A stretch of 64,000 nt of DNA from Mobula hypostoma. Its lineage: Eukaryota. The stretch lies in NCBI RefSeq assembly GCF_963921235.1, contig NC_086097.1:63986001-64050000 (forward strand). The letters are read 5' to 3'. The translations under genes were made by a program, and so were the position numbers. Below are positions 27,243 through 38,830 of the stretch, in pieces (within the stretch, counting starts at the first letter, position 1; every line of letters starts with the position of its first letter). Below the pieces are notes generated by a model that was not told where the DNA came from, did no database searches, and saw nothing but the letters and a program-made list of their open reading frames with translations.

Positions 27243-27275
<33 letters not shown>
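27231..27275 (+). repeat. poly(C) plus (CA)n microsatellite
   Basis: A C run followed by about 15 CA units. Confidence 0.9.
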
Positions 27276-27277
<2 letters not shown>

Positions 27278-27972
27278 CAGGAGATGCTTGCAGCCCCACA
27301 GCAGCCAACAGATCTATTCTACTGGTCTCCCAAACAAACGTACAGGCTGTACTTCAGACAGGTGTAGGGGAAACCTGTACTTTATTGCAATATTTTTATT
27401 TATCAGAGTCTAAATGTGTTTTAAGTTCACTTAGTTTCTATTTATTTAAATCAATCTTGTATGTAAAACTCTTCCAATATTTAGCAGATTTTGATGGAAG
27501 GTGAGTCTCCATCTCCCCGCTTGCCTCCTATCAGGACATATTGTGCCTTTCAAGATCCTACAAAGTGTTTCACTGCCAATGAATTACCTATCCTTGGAGT
27601 CATTGAAAAATCTGGAAATATAGTGGTCTTCTGCAAGAGACAGTTACAAAATAATATATCTTATATTTATTTGGATTATTTCCTTTTTTCACAAGCAGGG
27701 ATTTTCCCAAAAATATACGAAGGATTTTTGTAAAGATTTAATAGGAAGAAGAGTGTGAACTGATCTTACTAGCAGTAAAGGAGCTTGACATTCATTACTC
27801 TGAAGCCTTTGTTAGTTTTGTAATGCCCATTGTCATGTTTCAACAGTATCCCTATCATAATTAATTGTTTAGCAGAAGACAACTTAAATATACATTTGTA
27901 TGCAAATATAGAAGAATGTTTACATTAAATATGAAGCTTTAACTTTATTAATTTGCAATGTTTTTCAAACAG

Positions 27973-28121
27973 CTCCTTGACGTAGTTTCTCATCTTGCCC
28001 GACAAAACTTGCGTATCCTTGTCCTTGGGCGCAGGCACATGTTGAAAGGAACACGGAACTGGGACAAGGGCCATATGGCTGCCATACAGAAATATGCGGA
28101 CTGCTTCTTTACCTCAAATAT
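27973..28121 (+). CDS. PRORP: PRORP (mitochondrial RNase P catalytic subunit) internal coding exon, 149 nt
   Basis: Acceptor tttttcaaacag, donor gtaagt. Translates [49 protein letters not shown](I), matching the human PRORP segment [24 protein letters not shown]...CFFADDI. Confidence 0.95.
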
Positions 28122-28748
28122 GTAAGTTAAGTTTTAAAGTAATAAGTAAAAAGGAAAATTTCAGAAAAAGCTATCACCCCATCTTAGCATAAAGAATTTA
28201 ATAATTTCCAATACCAGAGTTAAAAGAAAGGTAAAGAAGGGTTGTTGGATTAATCATGCCTGTCTAATCAAGAAAACATGGTGGAGTGGGGCTATGTTTT
28301 CAGCTCTTTCAGACAGCTGGTACAGGGCAATGAGCCAAATGATTTTGTTCTTCTAAGTATAGTTTTGAAGTAATTATAAGACTATAAGACCATAAGATAT
28401 AGGAGCAGAATTAGGCCATTTGGCCCATTGAGTCTGCTCTACCATTTCATTATGTCTGATCCAATTTTCTTCTCAGCCCCAATCTCCTGTCCGCTCCCCA
28501 TAGCCCTGACCAATTAAGAAACTATCAATCTCTGCCTGAAATATACATAAAGACTTGGCCTCTGCTGCTACCTTCCACTGAATTCCACAGAATCTTCACT
28601 CTCTGGCTGAAGAGAATCCCTCTCATCTCCATCTAAAAGGATGTCTCTCTATTCTGAGGCCGTGTCCTCTGGTCTTAGACTCTCCCACCACAGGAAACAT
28701 CCTCTCTACATCCAATCTATCAAGGTCTTTCACCATTCGATAGGTTTC

Positions 28749-29547
28749 GTTTTTTTGTAATTTATTTTTTATTGAATTTCATCATCAAACAAACATTTCC
28801 ATAAGAAGTATTTCAGATACTGTACATATATATCATATAATCATATTTGTCACAAATCTCCACATAACATTTATCTGAGGTATACACTTATAGAAAGGAG
28901 AGGAAAGAAAGATCAATCAAAAGAAGAAAACTATGTACAGAGTAGGAAGTGATTTTTTTTTTACAACATATTCATTGACTTGTGAGAATAAAATCAGGCT
29001 TATGAGGTGTTATGTAGTTAAACCATTTTTTCCAGTATGAATAAAATTGTTCCAGCATATGATCAACAGATGCTGTTATCTTCTCCATTTTGTAAATGTC
29101 CATTGTAATTTCCATCCATACATTTAAAGTTGGGCTCTCCTGTGATAACCATTTCCTGGTAAGGGTCTTTTTACCAGCCACCAAGCTGTACATTCATTAA
29201 ATATTTATCTCTTTTCAACCATTCTTGAGGTATATACCCAAAATATAGGGTCTTACTCTCTAAGGGTATTTCACATTTAAAGATGTCTTGTAGGGCATTA
29301 TGTATCCCACTGCAATAGTTTTTGCTAACGGGGCATTCCCAGAAAATGTCATAATGGTTTGCATTTTGATTTCCACAATTTCTCCAGCAAACAGGGGGGT
29401 TACTATCATAATGGGATTTCTGAGAGGGTGTAATAAAATATCTTGTTGAGTTTTTCCACCCGAACTCCCTCCGTTTCTGTGAACTGGTACACTTCCATTG
29501 ATACCTCCATATTATTGTCCAGTCTTCCTCAGATATTATTATTATTT
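28749..29547 (-). mobile_element. L1/Tx1 3' fragment nested in CR1
   Basis: CWRNCG..NANHYDIFWEC zinc knuckle; poly(T) at left; TSD GATAGGTTTC at 28739-28748 and 29548-29557. Confidence 0.88.
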
Positions 29548-29935
29548 GATAGGTTTCAATGAGGTCACCCCTCATTCTTCTGAATGCTGGTGAATACAGG
29601 CCTAGAGCCACCAGACACACCTCATATGACAAGCCCTTCTATCTGGAATCATTTTCATGAACTTCCTTTGAACTCTCTCCAGTTTCAGCACATCCTTTCT
29701 ACAATAAGGGGCCCAAACCTGCTCAAAATACTCTGAGAAAGGCCTCACCAGTGCTTTCTAAAGTTTCAACATTACATCCTTGCTTTTATATTCTAGTCCT
29801 CTTGAAATGAATGTTAACATTGCACTTGCCTTCCTCACTGCAGATTAACCTGCAAATTAACCTTTAAGGGATCCTGCACAAGGACTCCCAAATCCTTTTG
29901 TTTCTCGGATTTTTGTATCTTCACTCCATTTAGAA

Positions 29936-30109
29936 CAGGGATCCCCAACCCTTTTTGCACCGTGGACCGGTTTAATATTGACAATATTCTTGCGGATCGG
30001 CTGACAGCGGGTGGGGGGTGTTCAAGTTCAACAGTGCGTGATGGGGAATGAGGAAAGGTGCAGCTGACTCAAATCATATCGTTTCCTCGACAGTGGTTGG
30101 GGACTACTG
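29936..30109. mobile_element. hAT (Charlie-like) MITE
   Basis: TIRs cagggatccccaac / gttggggactactg; perfect 8-bp TSD ATTTAGAA at 29928-35 and 30110-17. Confidence 0.88.
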
Positions 30110-30494
30110 ATTTAGAAAATAGTCAACCCTATCATTTCTTTTGCCAAAGTGCATGGCCATACACTTTCTGACACTGGATACCATCTGCCATTCTTTGCCC
30201 ATTCCCCTAATTTGGCTAAGTCCATGTGTAGCCTCTCTACTTCCTCAAAACTACCTGCCCTCCACCTATCTTCATATCGTCTGCAAACTTTGCAACAAAG
30301 CCATCAACCCCTTCATCCAAATCATTGACATAAAACGTAAAAAGAATCAGTCCCAACACAGACCCCTGTGGAACACCTCCAGTCACTGGCAGCCAGTCAG
30401 AAAAGGCTCTCTTTATTCCCATTCTTTGTCTCCTGCCAACTAGTCATCGCTTTATCCATGCCAGAATCTTTCCTATAATACCATGGGTTCATAG

Positions 30495-31148
30495 TCATAG
30501 TCATACTTTATTAATCCCAGGGGAAATTGGTTTTCGTTACAGTTGCTCCATAAATAATAAATAGTAATAGAACCATAAATAGTTAAATAGTAATGTGTAA
30601 ATTATGCCAGTAAGTTATAAAATAAGTCCAGGACCAGTCTATCGGCTCAGGGTGTCTGACCCTCCAAGGGAGGAGTTGTAAAGTTTGATGGCCACAGGCA
30701 GGAATGACTTCCTGTGACGCTCAGTGCTGCATCTCGGTGGATTGAGTCTCTGGCTGAAGGTGCTCCTGTGCCCGCCCAGTACATTATGTAGTGGATGGGA
30801 GACATTGTCCAAGATGGCATGCAACTTAGACAGCACCCTCTTTTCAGACACCACCATGAGAGAGTCCAGTTCCACCCCCACAACATCACTGGCCTTACGA
30901 ATGAGTTTGTTGATTCTGTTGGTGTCTGCCACCCTCAGCCTGCTGCCCCAGCACACAACAGTAAACATGATAGCACTGGCCACCACAGACTCGTAGAACA
31001 TCCCCAGCATCGTCCAGCAGATGTTAAAGGACCTCGGTCTCCTCAGGAAATACAGACGGCTCTGACCCTTCTTGCAGACAGCCTCAGTGTTCTTTGACCA
31101 GTCCAGTTTATTGTCAATTCATATCCTCAGGTATTTGTAATCCTCCAC
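30495..31148 (-). mobile_element. Young Rex/Babar 3' fragment, same family as 21801-22996
   Basis: Near-identical peptide ESVVASAIMFTVVCWGSRLRVADTNRINKLI; tcatagtcata tail; CATAG TSD. Confidence 0.9.
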
Positions 31149-33245
31149 CATAGCTTGTTAAGTAGCCTCATGTGTGAAAATCCAAATACGCAGCATCAAC
31201 CAATTCTCCTTTGTCTATCCTATTTATTATTTCTTCAAAGAATTCCAGGGAAAATTTTCCCTTGAGGAAACCATGGAATTACAGCCTATTTTATCATGTG
31301 CCTCCAAGGATCCTGAGACCTCATCCTTAATAATCGACTCCAACACCTTCCCAGCCACTAAGGTCAGACTAACTGGCCTACAGTTTCCTTTCTTCTGCCT
31401 CTCTCCCTTCTTGAAGAGTGGAGTGACATTTGCAATTTTCCAGTCTTCCATAACCATTCCAGAATCTAGTTATTCTTGAAAGATCATTACTAATGCCTCC
31501 ATAATCTCTTCAGCCACCTCTTTCAGAATTCTGTGGTGTACACAATCTGGTCCAGGTGACTTATCTACCTTCAGACCTTTCAGCTTCCTAAGAACCTTAT
31601 GTCTAATTAATCTAACTTCACACACTTCATGCTCCTTGACACCTGGAGCTTCCACCATACTGTTAGTGTCTTCCACGGTGAAGACTGATGCAAAATACTT
31701 ATTCAGTTCATCCGCTATTTCGTTGTCCCCCATTACTACCTCTCCAGCTTAGTTTTCCAGAAGCCCAATATCCATTTTTACTTCTCTTTTACACTTTATG
31801 TATCTGAAGAAACTTTTGATGTCCTCTTTAATATTATTGACTAGCTTACTTTAGTGTTCCACTTTTACCTTCTTTTTAGTTGACTTCTGTTGGTTTTTAA
31901 AACCTTCCCAATCCTCTAACTTCCCACTAATTTTTGCTCTATTTTGTGCCCTATCTTTGGCTTTTATGTTGGCTTTGATTTCTCTTGTTAACCATGGTTG
32001 TGTCATCTTTCCTTTAGAATACTTCATATATATATCATGTGCCTTCTGAATTGCTTCCAGAAATTCCAGCCGTTGCTGTTCTGCTGTTATCCCTGCCAGT
32101 GTTCTTTTCTAATCAATTGTAGTATATTTATGTTTTTCAAAATTGAGTCCTTTCCATGACTTCTTAATTGTTAACTTTTGGGAATCCTGCCTCAAGTTCC
32201 TATTATCAACTTCATTTCTTATAACTACTAGTTCATTTCGTTAAGTTAATATACTGAATAATTTTAAACCATTAATGTATTCTAATAGTATCATTAAGAA
32301 ATATCTCTTGATTCAGTAATCTTACTTGCCATCATCCATTTAAAAGATAACAAAAGAAAGAAATTGAAAAGTGAATTTATTTTTACACATCCATCCTGTA
32401 GTCTCAATCATAATGGTAAGTATCTGCTGTTTTAGCAAATTTAGGTATACCTTGGTTGTCTGAATTTAGCTTTAGAAATAAGGTCACTCACTGAAGCCTC
32501 ACAGTTATTTACTGCTTTACAGAAGTTATTTCCTATTGTCTGATATAATAGATAGTGAGCATTACATTGAAAATATTCAGTAATCTACTGTATGTTGGAT
32601 CTCTATTCTATTGGGGGGAAAGTGAGCACTGAGTTTTAAGTAATTATTTGGTACAAACAGTTCAAATTTTGTGCATTATTGGGTCTTTCAAAAAAAAGTA
32701 GGGTGTGGGGTGACCTAATAGACATCTTTAAACTGATAAAAGAATTCGATATTGTATATTGAGAGAGTGTTTCTATTTGTGGAAGGGCATAACTAGGTTC
32801 CATTAATGCACTGTAGTCCCCATAAAATCTAATAGGGAATTTAAATGATCTTTTTTTCCCCAATGAGTGGTACCAATGTCAGACATAGTCTCAGGTGAAA
32901 TCGTTGAAGTGAACGCTATAGATGCCTAAAAGGCTCAAAAAGCATGTAGAGGGCCAGGCCGATAGATGGAGATGAGAAAAAATGGGAGAAGATTCACATG
33001 GAGCATAAATACTGGTTAGGCTAATTGGCCTGTTTTTGTTCTGTATTTAAAACATCAATAAAGAGTATACTTGTCCATCTGAAGAACTCATATTTAATGT
33101 GAAAACATGCTGATACTATTGAAATAGTATCTCTCTTACTATCTTTTTGTTGGTTTACATTCTTTGCAGACATCCTGTTCATGTTGGGCTGATCTTGTCT
33201 GTTTTAATTGAATCCAAAATTGTTTCCCTTCAGAGAATTGCAGAA

Positions 33246-34380
33246 AGTCAAGTCAAGTCAAGTCAGGTCAAGTTTATTGTCATTTCGACCATAAACTGCT
33301 GGTACAGTTCACAGTAAAAACGAAACAACGTTCCTCCAGGACCCTGCTGCTACATGAAACAACACAAAACTACACTAAGTGAGACAACAAGGCTACACTA
33401 GACTACGTAAAACAACATAAAAACTACAATGGACTACAGAGCTACACAGGACTACATAAAGTGCACAAAACAGTGCAGGGCAGTACAATAAATAATAAAC
33501 AAGACAATAGGCACAGTAGAGGACAAATTACAATATAATAATAAATGATGTAGATGTCAGTCTAGACTCTGAGTATTGAGGAGTCTGATGGCTTGGGGGA
33601 AAAAACTGTTGCACAATCTGGTCGTGAGAGCCCGAATGCTTTGGTACCTTTTGCCAGATGGCAGGAGGGAGAAGAGTTTGTGTGAGGGGTGCGTGGGGTC
33701 CTTCACAATACTGTTGGCTTTACAGAGCAGCACGTAGTGTAAATGTCTTTAATGCAGGAGGAGAGACCCCAATGATTTTCTCAGCTGACCTCACTATCCG
33801 CTGCAGGGTCTTGCAATCCGAGATGGTGCAATTCCTGAACCAGGCAGTGATGCAGCTGCTCAGGATGCTCTCAATACAACCTCTGTAGAATGTGGTGAGG
33901 ATGGGGCGTGGGAGATGGACTTTTCTCAACCTTTGCAGAAAGTAGAGATGCTGCTGTGCTTTCTTGGCTATGGACCTGGTGTTGAGGGAGCAGGTGAGAT
34001 TCTCCACCAGGTGAACACCAAGAAATTTGGTGCTCTTAACGATCTCAACAGAGCAGCCGTCAATGTTCAGCGGAGAGTGGTCGCTCCGTGCTCTCCTGAA
34101 GTCAACAACCATCTCTTTTGTTCACATTCAGAGACAGGTTGTTGGCTCTGCACCAGTCTGTTAGCTGCTGCACCTCCTCTCTGTATGCTGACTCGTCATT
34201 CTCGCTGATGAGACCCACCACGGTCGTGTCATCGGCGAACTTGATGATGTGGTTCAAGCTGTGTGTTGCTGCACAGTTGTGGGTCAGCAGAGTGAACAGC
34301 AGTGGACTGAGCACACAGTCCAGGGGGGCCCTGTGCTCAGTGTGATGGTGTTGGAGATGCTGCTCCTGATCCGGACGGAT
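33246..34380 (-). mobile_element. Rex/Babar LINE 3' fragment
   Basis: (AAGTC)n tail; LSPLLFTL, KFADDTTVVGLI, KKAQQHLYFLQRL. Confidence 0.85.
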
Positions 34381-34911
34381 TAGAGGTGTGAATCAAGAGG
34401 CTGCATGTTTCCTGAATGACTTGACATTGCTCAATAAAGACCAACGTTTAAAATGTGTAACAAAGTAACTTTCCCTCCTAAATCATCTCAGATTTGCCTG
34501 TTGTTGAGCAATCTAGCAGTGCAGCTTTCTGGATTAACACATGAAAGTCGTGTGTCTTAGCTTTGTACAAGCGGATCTAATATCCACAAAATCCTGAACT
34601 ATATGTAGCACTAATCTACAACCACCACCTTTTGAATACAATTCCACAAAGCTAGATTGCATGTGAGAGATTTAATTAATGTCTTCTATCTAATTAATTG
34701 CTTCTAAGATACCACAGGGAGAGGAGAAAAAATTTACACAAGATCATAAGGCTAGCTAATTGACCTTCAAATTGACCATTACTGAACAGAAGCTAAATTT
34801 CCATTTTCCCCCTATTTGGAATGTGGAATATGCTGCAACAAAGATATTTGTGAATGTAGATACTATGTGATCTAATAAGGGCTTGTTTTGTTTTGCTTTC
34901 TCTCGATCCAG

Positions 34912-35107
34912 ATCAGAAGATGACCCTTTTCTCTTATATGCAACAATACTTTCAGGCAATCACTGTAAATTCCTTAGTAGAGACCTCATGAGGGATCATA
35001 AAGCTTGTATGCCTGACGAAACCACCCGGCGCCTGTTCTTCAAGTGGCAACGTGGACACCAGCTTGTGCTGTCAGGTTGTAATCCAGGGCACAAGATGAA
35101 ATTTGAG
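34912..35107 (+). CDS. PRORP: PRORP penultimate coding exon, 196 nt (NYN nuclease catalytic aspartates)
   Basis: Acceptor tctcgatccag, donor gtggga; phase continues from the previous exon (AT|A = Ile). Encodes [65 protein letters not shown] with intact DD and RDLMRDH motifs. Confidence 0.95.
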
Positions 35108-35369
35108 GTGGGAGCACACACTGACTTAATTTAGAAGTAAAGAATATGATGCAACCTTCTTGCATAGACTGGGAGATAGTAGGTTGCAAATGATTCTTTC
35201 AAGGGAAAATACGTAATATATTGAGCTCTAATGCGAAAAGGCAATATATTCTGAAAAGAAGTTTTGCATTTTAAACATAAATTTGAAAAAATTGAGATTA
35301 ATATTAATGTTGAGAATGCTAAGATTTGTTTTCCATTGATATTCAAATTGAAGATTGTAGCTAAATAGA

Positions 35370-35885
35370 AAAAAAGAAAAATTTGAAATGCAATGCTAAA
35401 ACTAGTTAGGCCACATTTGGAGTATTGTGGCCTCATTAGAGGAAATATATCGAGGCTTTGGAGAGGTTTACCAGGATGCTGCCAGGATTAGAAGGCATGT
35501 GCGATAAGGAGATATTGAACAAACTTGGGTTGTTGTCTCTTGGGTTGTTGCCTTTGGCATAGCAGAGGCTATGAGGAATCAGATTTAAAAGATTATGAGA
35601 GGCATAGAGCCAGTATCTTTTTTCCAGGGTTGAAATGTCTAATATCAGAGGGCAAACGTTTAAGGTGAGAAGGGGTAAGTTCAAAGAAGATTGGCAAGGC
35701 AAGTTTTGTACACACAGAATGTTTGGTGCCTGGAATGCACTGTCTAGAATGGTGGCGGAGGCAAATAAGATTGGGGCATTCACGAGGCTGTTAGATAAGT
35801 ACATGAATGTGCAAGGAGAATGCATTAGTTTATCTGGGCATTAGATTATTAATTTAATCCTGTGCTATACTGTTCTGTGTTCTAT
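35370..35885 (+). mobile_element. Old CR1 3' fragment
   Basis: aggccacatttggagtattgtg, aggtttaccaggatgctgcc and a ctgtgctatactgttct tail. Confidence 0.7.
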
Positions 35886-36838
35886 AAAGTCTTGGAAAAT
35901 ACTCAGCAGATCAAGCATCGCCTATGCAGAGAGAAAACAGTTAATAAAAAGTGTTAGTAAATGGATCAGAATGCTCTTAAATCTGAAACCTGACACCAGT
36001 ATCTCTTGTCCTTATTTGATGGAAGCTGTTGAAAGGATAAGTACCCCACCCAGTCCTGAGTTGCAGGTTTGGTAACTCAAGTATTTTAATAATTTAACGC
36101 CTTCAAATTTAATCTACTTTACAGGTTGTACATTTCTGATGAAAGATCATTAACCTGAAATTTTATTCTGTAATCAACCTAAGTCCAAACATCTAAAAAA
36201 CCCTCATAGTTATCTTCAGCTGGAATTTGCTGGCCAAGTGGCCAATATTACTCAACTGCCATGAAGCTTGAGCTCCCCACAATTGTTTAAGTCCCAAATC
36301 TGCAGGCTACTCTCTGAGTTTTGCCAGCTGTATTTCAACATTAGACTGCTTGTGGGAATTGAAAATGCAGCAGTTCCCCAGCCTATCCGCTTCTGAATCT
36401 GCTTTGGATTAATGCTCTTGCATGAACTGCAGACCATGTCATCCCATGTAGAGCTTTGTCTGAAAGAACAAGAGTGTGCCGTAATTACTTTCTACATTTT
36501 GAATAATTTTTCTGTTTATATTGTTTATTTATGTACTTCAGAGTTTCCTTTTGTTCAAGATACTAAAAAGTATTGTGGTTGTATTCTACTGGCAGGATAA
36601 AAATACAAAATCTCTCTGTTAATTGGCCTAATAATATTTTTTAAAACGTTTGCTAAACTTCTGATAATAGTTTATAAAGTGCAGACTGCTTGTATTAAGT
36701 ATTTGCATATTGATTAAACATTATCATATAAAAAGAATGAACTTCACATTTTCCTACCAAAAATATTTGTTATAATTTATAATATTGAGTTTGTTTCAAC
36801 ATTACGTGACAATTTTTAACATTTATTTTTCTCTGTAG

Positions 36839-36970
36839 GTCATACCAAATTATGACACAATAGTGCAGTCAACAAAAAATACTTGGCACATACCATATGA
36901 AGAAGAAGGAGTGGAGAGAAGCTCCTGTGAAGTTCCACGTAAATGGTTGTGTCTTCAAAAGCGTAATTGA
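36839..36970 (+). CDS. PRORP: PRORP last coding exon, to the TGA stop
   Basis: Acceptor ctctgtag. Encodes [43 protein letters not shown], matching the human C-terminus (YDTVVQ..WHIPY..CEVP.KWLCL). Confidence 0.95.
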   Translation, partial: VIPNYDTIVQSTKNTWHIPYEEEGVERSSCEVPRKWLCLQKRN

Positions 36971-37170
36971 GGAGACAGTAGTGGAGGTATTGCATGAATA
37001 TTGTAGATTTAGTTTTTAAAGAATTGGTTTATATTTAGAACATTTTCTTTGGCCACATTGAAATGTTTTTTTCTTATCCATTTTTTCTTCTAGAAATATA
37101 ACAGCACCATGTCAACATAGTGGCTTACAGTTATCCTTAGCAAATCACTCTGGATGAGTTAATTCTGGAA

Positions 37171-37234
37171 AATAAATAGTTATTTTGAGTTTATCATTTA
37201 CTGTTGTATACACTCATTAATCAAATCAAATAAA
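37171..37234 (+). terminator. PRORP: Candidate PRORP polyadenylation signals
   Basis: AATAAA at 37171-37176 and 37229-37234, 200-260 nt after the stop and before the next TE. Confidence 0.5.
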
Positions 37235-37511
37235 ACAATATCTCTGCAAACAATGAATTGGATGTTTTTACGCGCACACACACAGAGTAGTCATTTTTGT
37301 AGTAATTCACTTCTGTTTAACCTTCTTCAGCATTTCTTTTTCAAGCAGTTGTCTAATTTCCTTTCAAACTCAATGTTAGATTTTATATCAACAATTTTCA
37401 ATTTTTATCAGGTTTAACATTTGGCTAGCAGACACTTTCAGGGTGAAGACGTACTTATAACTGGAGAGGCCGGAACAGTTTTTATCAGGAGAACTGGTTA
37501 GATTACCATTT

Positions 37512-38155
37512 CAAGTCAAGTCAAGTTTATTGTCACTTAACTATGCATGTATACCGTCAAACGAAACAATGTTTCTCCAAACCAGTGTGTAAAGCACAGT
37601 AGTACACATAACACAAACAAGCCACAACAGCAGATGGATTACATAAAAATAAGCAACTAAAGTGCATAAATTATATATTGGAAGGTACAGAACAGATTAA
37701 CCAGTGACACTTTGAATGCAGTGCGGCAGGCAGTTCAAAAGCCTAATGGCCTGGGCCGGCTGGTGGCGCAACGGCGCCGGACCGGGAGCGGAGGTTCCCG
37801 GGTTCGAGGTTGGTCAAGTCCGCTCCCGAATGCGCTTTCCGTCCGTGCCGGGTTGAGTGTCAAGATCGCAACTCAACCTCGTAAAGTGGAGGGAAAATGC
37901 TGTGAGGGTGTCTGTGTGGAGAGTGGCGCACCATGCGGTCTCTCTCGCTCCGCACCTTGTGGAGGCCATGGGGGGGGACGTTATCTCAGACGCACATGCG
38001 CGGATGCGCATGCACGCAGGCACATGCCAAGAAAAAAAAGCCTAATGGCCTGAGGAAAGAAACTGTTCCCCCATCCTGACCATTCTCGTTTTTATGCTTT
38101 GGAGTCTCCTTCCTGATGGTAGAAGGTCAAAGAGGATGCTAGATGGATGGGTGGG
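37512..38155 (-). mobile_element. Rex/Babar 3' UTR fragment hosting a SINE
   Basis: caagtcaagtcaagtttattgtc tail like the one at 33246; continues after the SINE (aactgttcccccatcctgacc). Confidence 0.65.
37754..38035 (+). mobile_element. Young tRNA-derived SINE with A-rich tail
   Basis: A box tggcgcaacgg, B-box-like ggttcgagg, many intact CpGs; 17-bp TSD AAAAGCCTAATGGCCTG at 37737-37753 and 38036-38052. Confidence 0.85.
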
Positions 38156-38169
38156 ATGATTATCTAGAG

Positions 38170-38249
38170 CAGGAGTTCCCAACCTTTTTTATGCCATGGA
38201 ACAATACCATTAAGCAAAGGGTCCATGGACCACATGTTGGAAACCACTG
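38170..38249. mobile_element. 80-bp hAT MITE
   Basis: TIRs caggagttcccaac / gttggaaaccactg; TSD ATCTAGAG / ATCCAGAG. Confidence 0.75.
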
Positions 38250-38592
38250 ATCCAGAGTATGAATTCTTAAAAGATTTCCAGATACTTTCTGATACAGATG
38301 GCATCCTATTGAAATAGTCTCTGTCTTTACGCAGGAGATACAAGTGGGTGCTAATGCTGGAATTTGGAGCATAGAACGATCTCCTGGAGAAATTCAGCAG
38401 CTCAAGCAGCATCTGTGGGGAGAGGGGAATTACCGACACTTTTGGTCAAAACTGTGCCTTCAAACATTAAAATAATTCAATTAAATGTAAGAGACTTGGA
38501 TTTCCATGCAAAAAGTCATTATCAGTCCTTGCCTTTTGTGAATGCAGATAGATCTCTCTCAGAATCCCCTCCAGTAACTTTCCTGTATGATT

Positions 38593-38830
38593 TGTAACTC
38601 CAAAACATAAAACTATTTGAAAGAAAAACACAGGAGCCCAGGGAAAAGTGTCTCTATTTCGTTATACTTTCGTGAGGCACACACATACTTGTGACGTTTT
38701 GGCGTAACGATGTATGGATTCACACACTTTTACATGTAATATGTAATTAATTGTGTAAACAAAAAATGCTTAATGAAACAAAATGTTTACAATATTATTC
38801 AAATGTTACTGCAGTATTAAACAGTACTCT
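38593..38830 (-). repeat. Putative Gypsy LTR (3' copy)
   Basis: Diverged direct repeat of 46305-46769 (shared tttacaatatta.tcaaatgttactg..a.tattaaa); adjacent ctcttccctc would be a polypurine tract on the minus strand. Confidence 0.45.

Larger units (their letters stand above)
28376..32110 (-). mobile_element. CR1 LINE carrying three nested insertions
   Basis: ataagac-type repeat tail at left; minus ORFs [36 protein letters not shown]. Confidence 0.88.

Noticed and set aside
27485..27506. Micro-exon-like ttagCAGATTTTGATGGAAGgtgagt
   Set aside because: Good donor, but no homology to PRORP protein and no other support.
1..27972. The preceding PRORP exon (FDVVIDGLNV motif)
   Set aside because: Not found by eye in any frame; it probably lies upstream of the window beyond a long intron.
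33246..33275. Short tandem repeats (AAGTC, TATGAC, CTGATT, ATATAACC) as CRISPR-like or satellite arrays
   Set aside because: They have no spacers and each sits at a LINE 3' end as its microsatellite tail.
37754..37830. tRNA gene
   Set aside because: A and B boxes are present but there is no full cloverleaf; it has a body, A tail and TSD, so it is a SINE head.
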